Shown in pieces: positions 47,091-55,693 of a stretch of DNA of 64,000 nt. The DNA is taken from positions 3,876-67,875 of the forward strand of contig JAFTHW010000007.1 of the NCBI GenBank assembly GCA_017457225.1. The letters are read 5' to 3'. Within the stretch, counting starts at the first letter, position 1. Each line of letters begins with the position of its first letter. The translations under genes and the position numbers were made by a program. The stretch is from Clostridia bacterium (GTDB lineage: Bacteria > Bacillota > Clostridia > Christensenellales > Borkfalkiaceae). The notes below the pieces were generated by a model. It ran no database searches. It had not been told where the DNA came from and saw only the letters and a list, made by a program, of their open reading frames with translations.

Positions 47091-47364
47091 AAATAAAGAT
47101 TTAGTAAATCTTTTTGAGGAAAACAATGTTTAAAGAAAAAGATAGGCAAGTTGTTTTCATAGATTTTTGATGGTTGGAGAAGTTGCTGGGATTAATAAAG
47201 TTCCGCCGAGATTCCGCTCGGCTATGCCTCGCGCTTTTAGGGCGTTGCCCTAAAAGTTCGACAAGCTCAGAATGACAGCGGAACGATGCTAGAGTTGTGT
47301 GGGGGGGGGTAAATAGCGGAGGCGGAAAAATTTTTTTTGCCACCGCTTTTTTATACTCAATCAC

Positions 47365-47393
47365 TTGCATTCAAAAAGAGAAAATGTTATAAT
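47365..47393 (+). promoter_or_regulatory. Sigma-A promoter for pdxK (TTGCAT-17-TGtTATAAT)
   Basis: The -35 is at 47365-47370 and the -10 at 47388-47393. Confidence 0.55.
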
Positions 47394-47443
47394 ATTTTTA
47401 AAGGGAAACGGTGGGAAATTCTCGTTTGTAAGGAGATAAGATT

Positions 47444-48274
47444 ATGGAATATAAAAGAATACTCACCATACAGGATATTTCTTGCGTGGGACAATGCTCG
47501 TTGACCGTGGCGTTGCCCATTTTGTCCGCGTGCGGGGTGGAGACTGCCGTATTGCCCTCCGCTGTACTTTCCACGCATACCGCCGGATTTAGCGGCTTTA
47601 CGTTCCGCGATCTCACCGACGATATGCCCGAGATCCAAAAACATTGGCAAAAAGAAGGCATTGCGTTCGATTGTATCTATACCGGGTATCTCGGGAGCAC
47701 CAAACAGGTTGGGTACGTCAAAAATATTCTCGATACGATGGGGAAGCCTAATAGCGTCAACGTCGTTGATCCCGCTTTTGCCGATAACGGGAAACTCTAT
47801 CCCATTTTTGACGACGAATACGTGGCGGCAATGAAAACTCTTTGTCCGTCTGCCGATATTCTTGTGCCCAATATCACTGAGGCGTGTTTCCTTTCGGGTA
47901 TGCCGTATCGCGAATCGTATGACGAAAAGTATATTTCCGAGCTGTTGGCGGCTCTTTGTAAATTGGGCTGTTCCAAAATCGTATTGACGGGAGTGGGGTA
48001 TACTCCCGAAAAAACGGGTGTGGTCGTTTACGAGGACGGAAAAGCAAGCTATTACGAGCATAGGCGGATCGCCAAGGGCTTTCACGGGACGGGGGACGTG
48101 TACGCGTCTGCGTTTACGGGGGCTTTGATGCGCGGAAAAACTTTGTTTAACGCCGCGAAAATTGCCGCCGATTTTACCGTTTCGTGCATTGAAAAGACGC
48201 AGGGAGATCCCTCGCATTGGTACGGGGTGAAGTTTGAATTGGCGCTGGGGGAGCTTATTAAGGCGCTTGGATAG
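47444..48274 (+). CDS. pdxK: Pyridoxal/pyridoxamine kinase
   Basis: The sequence ILTIQDISCVGQCSLTVALPILSACG...HGTGDVYASAF is typical of Firmicutes pyridoxamine kinase. Confidence 0.8.
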   Translation: MEYKRILTIQDISCVGQCSLTVALPILSACGVETAVLPSAVLSTHTAGFSGFTFRDLTDDMPEIQKHWQKEGIAFDCIYTGYLGSTKQVGYVKNILDTMGKPNSVNVVDPAFADNGKLYPIFDDEYVAAMKTLCPSADILVPNITEACFLSGMPYRESYDEKYISELLAALCKLGCSKIVLTGVGYTPEKTGVVVYEDGKASYYEHRRIAKGFHGTGDVYASAFTGALMRGKTLFNAAKIAADFTVSCIEKTQGDPSHWYGVKFELALGELIKALG

Positions 48275-48455
48275 AAAGACTGCGCGGAACACGAATGCTG
48301 CTCCCGTGGCGAAAGATTGACGGAAAGAACGGTTCAGAAAAAAGATAGAAAAACTTCGGAAGCGTAGAAGAAGAGCGTTGCAAAAGTAACGGATATAAAA
48401 ACGTTCGTTATTGACGGGCGTGGAATTAGTTGTCATTAATTAAAGGAGAATGGTT

Positions 48456-49457
48456 ATGAAATTGGCTCAAATTTTTACATCTAATCTGGTATTCGCGGTT
48501 GAAAAACCTATTCGCGTATTCGGTACGGGAAAGGGGATTGCAGAAATCGTATTCCGCGGAGAAAAAAGAAGAGTGGAAAGCGACGGTGGAAATTGGATGG
48601 TGGAATTTGCTCCCCTGTCTTACGGCGGACCGTATGAATTGACCGCGACGCTGAACGGAGAAACAAAAACGCTTGAAAACGTGTACGTCGGGGACGTATA
48701 TATGTTAGCGGGGCAATCCAATTTGCAATTCAAATTGAAAGAATCCACTACGTCGGAAACGGAATGGGAAAGTAATGAAAAGATCCGTTTGTTTACGGTG
48801 GATAGACCGGAAAAAGGGGAACGCTTTCAAACCGCAGACGGATGGGTTGTTTCTGAAAAGAAAGATGTGGGGGATTGGAGCGCAGTCGGATACATTTCCG
48901 CGCGTGAAATTTATCGTAAAAAAGGCGTGGCGGTTGGGTTGATTGCTTGTTATCAAGGCGCTTCGATTATCGAAAGTTGGTTGCCTGAGGGAACTTGCCA
49001 AACATTAGGCATTTCTATTCCCGTAAAGGAAAAATATTTTGATCATTGGTATGAAGACTATCATTGGAATAAAGACGGGTTCTTATATCAGCATTCCTTG
49101 TCTAAAGTCACGCCCTTTTCTTTAAACGCTGTCGTTTGGTATCAAGGAGAATCGGATGCAGATGGGGTGGAATCCACCGTGTATGGAAAGGAATTGGAAG
49201 CGCTTATTTCCGTAATGAGAAACGATTTTCAAAATCAAGCGTTGCCTTTCGTTATCGTGCAGTTGGCGGACTGTGACGAGCGCGCAGGGGAAGGTTGGAA
49301 AAACGTGCAAAACGCGCAATGGGAAATGCAATATAAGGTAAAAAACGTGAAATCCGTCCGCTCGAAAGACGTATGCGAAACGAACGATATTCATCCGCCT
49401 ACAAAAGAGAAGCTTGCGATACGGGTCGCGGACGCTTTACAAGAGCTTTGGAAATAA
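48456..49457 (+). CDS. Sialate O-acetylesterase-like (DUF303/SGNH) carbohydrate esterase
   Basis: Motifs GQSNLQ and VVWYQGESD are present. RBS AAGGAG favours ATG 48456 (track start 48450). Confidence 0.7.
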   Translation: MKLAQIFTSNLVFAVEKPIRVFGTGKGIAEIVFRGEKRRVESDGGNWMVEFAPLSYGGPYELTATLNGETKTLENVYVGDVYMLAGQSNLQFKLKESTTSETEWESNEKIRLFTVDRPEKGERFQTADGWVVSEKKDVGDWSAVGYISAREIYRKKGVAVGLIACYQGASIIESWLPEGTCQTLGISIPVKEKYFDHWYEDYHWNKDGFLYQHSLSKVTPFSLNAVVWYQGESDADGVESTVYGKELEALISVMRNDFQNQALPFVIVQLADCDERAGEGWKNVQNAQWEMQYKVKNVKSVRSKDVCETNDIHPPTKEKLAIRVADALQELWK

Positions 49458-49648
49458 GAAAATGGTTGCAGTTTATTAATGTGTTTTCTATGGATATAAA
49501 TAGAGATTCCCACTTTTGAAGAAATTCCAAAAGTTTGGAAAAAATTCAATTAAATTGTTTGCGAATAAGCGCTGTATTGTACAGGCGCATTTCTTGTAGT
49601 TTGCGAGATGTTTTCTCATTGTTGTAATAGAGATATATTCGTGTACAA

Positions 49649-49688
49649 ATATCCGCCCCAAAGTTTGGACAAACTTTGGGGCGGATAT
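49649..49688. terminator. Strong hairpin between convergent genes
   Basis: The stem is ATATCCGCCCCAAAGTTT / AAACTTTGGGGCGGATAT. Confidence 0.65.
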
Positions 49689-49718
49689 CATTCCTGTAAG
49701 GATCTTTGCTGGGCTAAA

Positions 49719-50057
49719 TTATTCGTACTCCTCGTAACTTCTTCGGGTTTCCGCTCCGCAGACGGGTGGTTTAGGCGCGGGCGGTTTGGACGGCGGACAA
49801 CGGTCCTTTCCGTCGGGTTTGTCTTTCGCAAAACCGACGTTGACGAGAATGACGTCGTCGCCGATCTTCGCGATGCATTTTATATCGATAAACAGCTCGT
49901 TTTTCTTAGAGTGCCAGCCCTTGCCGTTGGGGACGACGATCCCGAGCAGTTTGTTTTCAGGGTATAGAAAAGAAAGATCGACGACTTTGCCTAATTTTTT
50001 TCCGTCTTGCAGGTTGACGACTTCTTTTTCTTTGAGTTCGGAAAATGTAAATTGCAT
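49719..50057 (-). CDS. YlmC/YmxH-family PRC-barrel protein (sporulation-associated) with a Pro/Lys-rich C-terminal tail
   Basis: The sequence begins FSELKEKEVVNLQDGKKLGKVVDLSF. RBS is GAGGAGG. Confidence 0.7.
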   Translation of the reverse strand: MQFTFSELKEKEVVNLQDGKKLGKVVDLSFLYPENKLLGIVVPNGKGWHSKKNELFIDIKCIAKIGDDVILVNVGFAKDKPDGKDRCPPSKPPAPKPPVCGAETRRSYEEYE

Positions 50058-50147
50058 ATGTGCCTCCTCAAAAAACGTATAGCGTTCTCTATAATATATG
50101 CCGCAAGTGGAAAATGTTGACTTTTGCCTTGGAAAACGGGTCGGGGG

Positions 50148-50176
50148 TTGACAAAAAGGGGAAGATTTGTTATAAT
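50148..50176 (+). promoter_or_regulatory. Consensus sigma-A promoter (TTGACA-17-TGtTATAAT) for the two-component operon
   Basis: The -35 is at 50148-50153 and the -10 at 50171-50176, leaving a ~130-nt 5' UTR. Confidence 0.65.
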
Positions 50177-50311
50177 TTTATGCGAATACTCGAAAAAAAT
50201 AGATTTTTTGGATTTTTTCACCAATCTTTCACGCGTAATTGTCTTAGGTTTTACAAACTATGGGTATAGTATATAGGAAAGGTTGATTTTATAACACAGG
50301 GAGAAAAGAAA

Positions 50312-50977
50312 ATGAAAATTTTGATTGTTGACGATGAAGAGATGATCCGTAACGTACTTCGTGAGTACGTGGAGTTCGAGGGGAACGAAGCGGAAGAGGC
50401 GGCGGATGGGATGGAGGCGGTGAAATTGTGCCGCGAACGGGATTACGACGTCATTTTGATGGATATTATGATGCCGCACCTCGACGGATTTTCCGCAGTC
50501 AAAGAAATTAAAAAGAACAAGGATATTCCTGTGATTATGCTCTCGGCAAGGGGAGAAGAATACGACAAACTCTTTGCTTTTGAAATCGGTGTGGACGATT
50601 ACGTGACCAAGCCGTTCTCGCCTAAGGAAGTGATGGCGAGAATCAACGCGGTCACCAAACGCCGTACGGTCAAGATCGGCGGAAACGAAGTTTTAAAATT
50701 CGAGGGGTTGGAGATCGATATGGCGGGTAGAAACGTCTACGTCGACGGGGTAAAAGCCGAGCTCACGCCCAAGGAATACGAATTGTTGTTCTATCTCGTA
50801 CGGAATAAGGGGATTGCGCTCACGCGTGAAAAACTTCTTTACGACGTATGGGGATTCGATTTTTACGGCGACGACCGTACCGTGGATACGCATATCAAAA
50901 TGCTCAGAAGTAATCTTAAAGAGTACCGCAAGTTTATTGTGACACTCAGAGGCCTCGGGTATAAATTCGAGCTGTAA
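50312..50977 (+). CDS. OmpR-family response regulator
   Basis: The receiver domain reads ILIVDDE...DVILMDIMMP and is followed by a winged-helix C-terminus (LRGLGYKF). Confidence 0.9.
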   Translation: MKILIVDDEEMIRNVLREYVEFEGNEAEEAADGMEAVKLCRERDYDVILMDIMMPHLDGFSAVKEIKKNKDIPVIMLSARGEEYDKLFAFEIGVDDYVTKPFSPKEVMARINAVTKRRTVKIGGNEVLKFEGLEIDMAGRNVYVDGVKAELTPKEYELLFYLVRNKGIALTREKLLYDVWGFDFYGDDRTVDTHIKMLRSNLKEYRKFIVTLRGLGYKFEL

Positions 50978-50995
50978 GATAGGCGAGAGGTTTTT

Positions 50996-52504
50996 ATGGG
51001 CAAAACGGCGCGCGGAAACGCAACGAAGAAAATATACGGAAGAAACGCCACCAGCATTTACTTTTTGCTGTGGGCGGTTTTTTCCGCGTTCGCGTTGTTT
51101 ATCGTCGTGTTGCTCGCCGTGTCGCAACACGTGCTGACCGTGCAAACCTATAAGAGTGTTGCAGCCAAGGAAATTTCTCAATCGGGTCAGCAGGTGGAAT
51201 CGGATATTGAAAAGGGTTTGACGGCGGGAATCCGCGATATGAACGAATTGTTCCGCTTGTTGGGGGTAAAATACGACGCGAAAGTGTTTTGGCTCAACGG
51301 TGACGGGGACGTACTGTATCCTGAATTAAGCGTTTCCGACTCTGCGGAGGGGAATGCGGAAGAATATCTTGCGTTCCGTGAGGAGATCGTGGTGTTGCAA
51401 AAGAAATTGACCGAGGCGGAAAAAGGCGGACATACCTTCGCCGTGTATGAGAGTGAGGGGAATTTTGTATATGCCTCGAAAATGCGCTTTAAAGGAGGCG
51501 TAGAAACCTATTTGTACGTCGGGAAGTCCATCGATATTATGGAGACGGGCGCTTCGCAAATGGTTGTGAGGACGGTGTTGATCGGGGTGTTCGTGCTCAT
51601 TCTTGCGTTTGCAATTTCCAGCGCCGTGGCGGGGTGGCTCGTCAACCCGTTGTCGGAGATCACGAAAAAAGCCAAACGTCTTGCGCACGGAGATTTTAAC
51701 GTGGACTTTTACGGGACGAATTACGGAGAAGAGATCATTGAGCTCGCCGATTCCCTCAACTTCGCCCGTGACGAGATCTCGAAAGCGGATAGAATGCAAA
51801 AAGAGCTCATTGCCAACGTTTCTCACGATTTTAAGACTCCTTTGACGATGATCAAGGCGTACGCGTCGATGATTATGGAGATTTCGGGGGATATTCCTGA
51901 GAAGAGAAACAAGCACGCGCAGGTCATTGTCAGCGAGGCGGATCGGTTGACTTCCCTCGTTGCCGACGTGTTGGACTTGTCCAAGATCCGTTCGGGGATC
52001 GAAGTGTTGAAACCCACGCTCGTGGATATGTCCTCGTATTTACAGGAAATTTTAGACCGTTTTGACTGCTTTAAAGAAGAACAGGGATATACGTTCGTTA
52101 CGCAGGTCGAGGAAGGATTATATGCGTACGTGGACGAGCTTAAAATCGGACAGGCTTTGTATAATCTCGTGGGGAATGCCGTGAATTATACGGGCGAGGA
52201 TAAAACGGTGTACGTGACTCTTAAAAAGGAAACGGAAGAAACGTTCCGTTTTGAAGTACGGGATACCGGCTCGGGGATGAAGGCAGAGGAGATGCCCGAG
52301 ATTTGGGATCGGTATTATCGCTCCGCCGAAACGCATAAACGTCCCGTGAAGGGCACGGGATTGGGGCTCTCTATCGTCAAAACCATTCTGCAAAAGCACG
52401 GGTTGGATTTCGGAGTGGAGAGCGAAAGAGGTAAGGGCAGTACGTTCTATATCGTGTTCCCCGTCGTTCCGGAAGAAGCCGAAACGCAAGAAAAAACCGA
52501 ATAA
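50996..52504 (+). CDS. Sensor histidine kinase (2 TM, HAMP, HisKA, HATPase_c)
   Basis: The H-box is SHDFKTPL, the N-box LVGNAVNYT, and the G-boxes DTGSGM and GTGLGLSI. Confidence 0.9.
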   Translation: MGKTARGNATKKIYGRNATSIYFLLWAVFSAFALFIVVLLAVSQHVLTVQTYKSVAAKEISQSGQQVESDIEKGLTAGIRDMNELFRLLGVKYDAKVFWLNGDGDVLYPELSVSDSAEGNAEEYLAFREEIVVLQKKLTEAEKGGHTFAVYESEGNFVYASKMRFKGGVETYLYVGKSIDIMETGASQMVVRTVLIGVFVLILAFAISSAVAGWLVNPLSEITKKAKRLAHGDFNVDFYGTNYGEEIIELADSLNFARDEISKADRMQKELIANVSHDFKTPLTMIKAYASMIMEISGDIPEKRNKHAQVIVSEADRLTSLVADVLDLSKIRSGIEVLKPTLVDMSSYLQEILDRFDCFKEEQGYTFVTQVEEGLYAYVDELKIGQALYNLVGNAVNYTGEDKTVYVTLKKETEETFRFEVRDTGSGMKAEEMPEIWDRYYRSAETHKRPVKGTGLGLSIVKTILQKHGLDFGVESERGKGSTFYIVFPVVPEEAETQEKTE

Positions 52505-52528
52505 TTTTTTTGGATTGCCGTTCGACGC

Positions 52529-52557
52529 TTGACAAGAGTGTGGAATCGGGATATAAT
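52529..52557 (+). promoter_or_regulatory. Consensus sigma-A promoter (TTGACA-17-TATAAT) driving the FMN riboswitch and ribU
   Basis: The -35 is at 52529-52534 and the -10 at 52552-52557. Confidence 0.7.
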
Positions 52558-52569
52558 AGAAAAAAAATA

Positions 52570-52772
52570 AATATTCTTTGGGGCGAGGCGAAAATCCTCA
52601 CCGGCAGTAGAGTCTGCGAAGAACGGGCGCAAACACGCTCGTTCCCGAATCGGTGGAATTCCGATACCGACGGTATAGTCCGGATGGAAAAAAGAATGAA
52701 AAAACGCGGCGATAGGCCGCGCAAGTTTCGTATGTTTTTCGTCCGCCTCGATCTTTCGAGGCGGTTTTGTTA
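52570..52772 (+). promoter_or_regulatory. FMN riboswitch (RFN element) with a terminator expression platform
   Basis: The RFN core strings are GGGGCGAGGCGAAAATCCTCACCGGCAGT ... CGGTGGAATTCCGATACCGACGGTATAGTCCGGATGGAAAAAAGAAT. The terminator CCGCCTCG/CGAGGCGG plus TTTTGTT lies at 52743-52770. A riboflavin transporter gene follows. Confidence 0.9.
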
Positions 52773-52806
52773 AAGAATTTTCCGTTAAAAAGAAGAGAGG
52801 TATTGT

Positions 52807-53397
52807 ATGGAAGAAAACAAAATGCAGGAGGCAGGTACGGATTTAAAGGAAAAAAGACGACCCGTGAGCGCGAAAAAATTGGCGTTGATGGCGGTGTTCG
52901 TCGCGCTTTCTTACGGGGTCAGTTTTTTGGAAATTCCCATTTTTCCCGTTGCACCGTTTTTAAAGCTCGATTTGGGGAACGTGTTTATTTTATTGATCGG
53001 GTTTTTACTCGGACCGATCGAGGGGATCATCGTGTGCGCGCTTAAAGAGAGTTTGCGGCTCATTGGCAGTAGTTCGGGTGGAGTCGGGGAGTTGGCAAAT
53101 ATGTTGGTTACGACTTCGTATATTGCCGTTCCGACGATCGTATATCGATTCAGAAAGGGGTTGAAGAGTGTGACGCTCAGTCTTGTCGCGGCGTGTTTCG
53201 TCGGGGTGGGCGCGGCGCTTCTTGCCAACCGCTTTATCAATTTTCCTTTGTATATGGGAAAGGGGGCGGCGGCGAGTTTTAAAGAGTTTTTTGGGGTTAT
53301 CGTTGCGTTTAACTTTATTAAAACCGTTTCGGTGGGAGTGATTTGTTTCGCGCTCTATAAAAGACTCTCGAATTTCTTAAAAAAGATAAAAATTTGA
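52807..53397 (+). CDS. ribU: ECF-transporter S component for riboflavin
   Basis: It is a 196-aa polytopic protein (LDLGNVFILLIGFLLGPIEG) located directly behind an FMN riboswitch. Confidence 0.8.
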   Translation: MEENKMQEAGTDLKEKRRPVSAKKLALMAVFVALSYGVSFLEIPIFPVAPFLKLDLGNVFILLIGFLLGPIEGIIVCALKESLRLIGSSSGGVGELANMLVTTSYIAVPTIVYRFRKGLKSVTLSLVAACFVGVGAALLANRFINFPLYMGKGAAASFKEFFGVIVAFNFIKTVSVGVICFALYKRLSNFLKKIKI

Positions 53398-53427
53398 GGG
53401 GAAAGCGGGTAAAGTTTTCAAAAGCTC

Positions 53428-53456
53428 TTGCAAAAATCCCCAAGAGGTATTATAAT
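53428..53456 (+). promoter_or_regulatory. Sigma-A promoter (TTGCAA-17-TATAAT) ending 6 nt before the tsaE ATG
   Basis: The -35 is at 53428-53433, the -10 at 53451-53456, and the ATG at 53463. Confidence 0.5.
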
Positions 53457-53462
53457 AGAGAT

Positions 53463-53870
53463 ATGGCGGTATTTATTTCAAAATCCAGAGAGCAGACGGA
53501 GATGTTTGCTTGTGAATATGCGAAAAGTTTGCGCGCGGGGGACGTCGTTTTACTCGACGGCGAGATGGGCGCGGGGAAAACGGTGTTCGCAAAAGGCGTA
53601 GCGAGGGGCTTGGGGATCGTAGAAGAGGTCACGAGTCCTACATACGCGTATATGAACGATTACGACGGACGGTTGTTCCATTACGATTGCTACCGCATCG
53701 AGAGCGTGGGACAGGCGGAACGGCTAGGGCTTTCCGATTACTTTTATATGGGCGGGATTTGCCTCGTCGAATGGGCGCAAAACATTGCTCCCTTGCTTCC
53801 TGCGAAAGTGAAGAGAGTCGTAATTAAAAAGTGTAACGAAACGGACAGAGAGATTGAATACGGGGAATGA
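53463..53870 (+). CDS. tsaE: tRNA t6A biosynthesis ATPase TsaE
   Basis: The P-loop is GEMGAGKT, followed by SPTYAYMNDY...HYDCYR. The track start (53394, TTG) would add an unsupported 23 aa. Confidence 0.85.
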   Translation: MAVFISKSREQTEMFACEYAKSLRAGDVVLLDGEMGAGKTVFAKGVARGLGIVEEVTSPTYAYMNDYDGRLFHYDCYRIESVGQAERLGLSDYFYMGGICLVEWAQNIAPLLPAKVKRVVIKKCNETDREIEYGE

Positions 53871-53882
53871 GGCGGACAAGCA

Positions 53883-54509
53883 ATGAATTTTTTGGCGATT
53901 GATACCAGCGGGAATTATATGACGGTCGTGGCGGTGAAAGACGGGGAGGCGTTTTCCTGTTTTTTGCCCGATTGCTCGATGAGGCATTCCGTTTCTTTGA
54001 TGGGGGCGGTAGAAGACGCGCTCCAAAAGGCTTCGCTTGCTTTGGAGGATTGCGATTTTTTCGCGGCGGTCGTGGGGGCCGGCTCGTTTACGGGAATCCG
54101 TATCGGGATTTCCGCGGCGAAAGGCTTTGCTTTGGCGGTCGGGAAGCCGACGTTGCCCGTCACTTCTTTCGGCGTTGCCGCATATAATGCGGTGAACGGC
54201 GGTAAAACGTTGTGTCTTGTTGATGCGATGCACGGCTCATATTACGCTTGCGGGTATGAAAACGGAGGGATCGTTTATCCCCCTTCGTACTTGACGGAAG
54301 CGGAAGTATTGTCCTTAAAAACGGACGGTTACGCGCTTTGTTCGTGTGAAGACTTGACGCTCGGCGGAGAAAAAGTAGAACGCCGCGATCCCGTTTTGGG
54401 ATTGGAAAAAGCGGTGAAAGCGCTCGCGGAAAAAGGCGAGTTCGGGGATTTGATCGCGTTGTACGTGCGGAAGAGCTCGGCGGAGCTGAACGCGGAAAAG
54501 GGCGTGTAA
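53883..54509 (+). CDS. tsaB: tRNA t6A biosynthesis protein TsaB
   Basis: Motifs LAIDTSG and GAGSFTGIRIGIS are present. Confidence 0.85.
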   Translation: MNFLAIDTSGNYMTVVAVKDGEAFSCFLPDCSMRHSVSLMGAVEDALQKASLALEDCDFFAAVVGAGSFTGIRIGISAAKGFALAVGKPTLPVTSFGVAAYNAVNGGKTLCLVDAMHGSYYACGYENGGIVYPPSYLTEAEVLSLKTDGYALCSCEDLTLGGEKVERRDPVLGLEKAVKALAEKGEFGDLIALYVRKSSAELNAEKGV

Positions 54510-54510
54510 G

Positions 54511-54942
54511 ATGGTGCGGGAATGGAATCGGGCGGATATTCCGCTCGTGGCGGCGATTGACCGCGAGTGTTTCACCTTGGAGCCTTGGTCTGAGGCGGAG
54601 TACGCAAAAGAGTTCTCTTCGGAGTGGTTTTGCGGAACGGTCTTGGAAATCGACGGCGAAATCGTCGGGTACGTTTGCGGAAAGCTTGTCTTTGAAGATG
54701 CGGAGATTTTGAGGATCGCCGTAAAAAGTAAGTGGAGAGGTCAGGGCTTGGGTGGAATGCTCCTGAATGGATTTATAGACTCTGTTAAAATGCGGGGCGG
54801 TGCGCGCGTGTTTTTGGAGGTGCGGACGGGGAACGTGGCGGCTGTGCGGTTGTATAGAAGCCGTGGCTTTACCCTGACGAGAGAAAGAAAAAAATATTAC
54901 GCGGACGGGGAAGACGCTTTGGAGATGAAAAAGGACCTGTAA
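54511..54942 (+). CDS. rimI: Ribosomal-protein-alanine N-acetyltransferase (GNAT)
   Basis: The motif is RIAVKSKWRGQGLGGMLL, in the canonical position after tsaB. Confidence 0.8.
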   Translation: MVREWNRADIPLVAAIDRECFTLEPWSEAEYAKEFSSEWFCGTVLEIDGEIVGYVCGKLVFEDAEILRIAVKSKWRGQGLGGMLLNGFIDSVKMRGGARVFLEVRTGNVAAVRLYRSRGFTLTRERKKYYADGEDALEMKKDL

Positions 54943-54985
54943 GCGTAAAATCATCGATAAGGAGGACGGAGCGACGGAAAGTAGA

Positions 54986-55693
54986 GTGGATTTATCCGAC
55001 GTTTCGTTTTTACAAAAGGGGGAAGGGAAGGATCTGGTGTTCTTTCACGGGTATCTTTCCAATAAAGAGGCGTTTGTTTCGCAGGTGGAGTATTTTTCCC
55101 GTTTTTTTCGGGTTACTGCGTTTGATTTTTTAGGATTCGGGCATAGCAGGGCTTTGACGAAACCGTTTTCCGTGTCCGATTACGCCGAATGGACGAAAGA
55201 GGTGTTGACCCTTTTAAATGTGCGAAAACCGCACGTGATCGCCCATTCGTTCGGGTGTCGCGTGGCGGTGAAAATGGCGGCGAAAGAAGACGTTTTCGAT
55301 AAGATGGTCTTGACGGGTCCGGCGGGGATTATTCTTCCTCGGAGCTGGAAATATCACTTGAAAGTAAAGGCGTATCGACTCGTCAAAAAAATAGCGCCTC
55401 GGTTTGCGGAAAAGAAGTTTGGGAGCGCGGAGTACAAGACGCTCTCGCCGCTTATGAAAGAGAGTTATAAAAAAATCGTGAACGAGGATTTGCGCGAGGA
55501 CGCGAAGAGGATTAAAAGCGAAGTTTTGCTCGTGCAAGGGGCGGAGGATTTCGTAACGACGGAAGCGGAGGCGAGGACGTATCTTCAAAGTTTTCCGCGC
55601 GGTCGGTTGACGTATATAGAGGGCGGGCATTTCGCGTTTGCGGAAGATCCCGTGGCGTTTAATTTATCGGTAGAGGATTTTTTGTATGATTGA
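54986..55693 (+). CDS. Alpha/beta hydrolase
   Basis: It has HGYLSN, the nucleophile elbow AHSFGC, and a C-terminal GGHFA. Confidence 0.7.
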   Translation: MDLSDVSFLQKGEGKDLVFFHGYLSNKEAFVSQVEYFSRFFRVTAFDFLGFGHSRALTKPFSVSDYAEWTKEVLTLLNVRKPHVIAHSFGCRVAVKMAAKEDVFDKMVLTGPAGIILPRSWKYHLKVKAYRLVKKIAPRFAEKKFGSAEYKTLSPLMKESYKKIVNEDLREDAKRIKSEVLLVQGAEDFVTTEAEARTYLQSFPRGRLTYIEGGHFAFAEDPVAFNLSVEDFLYD

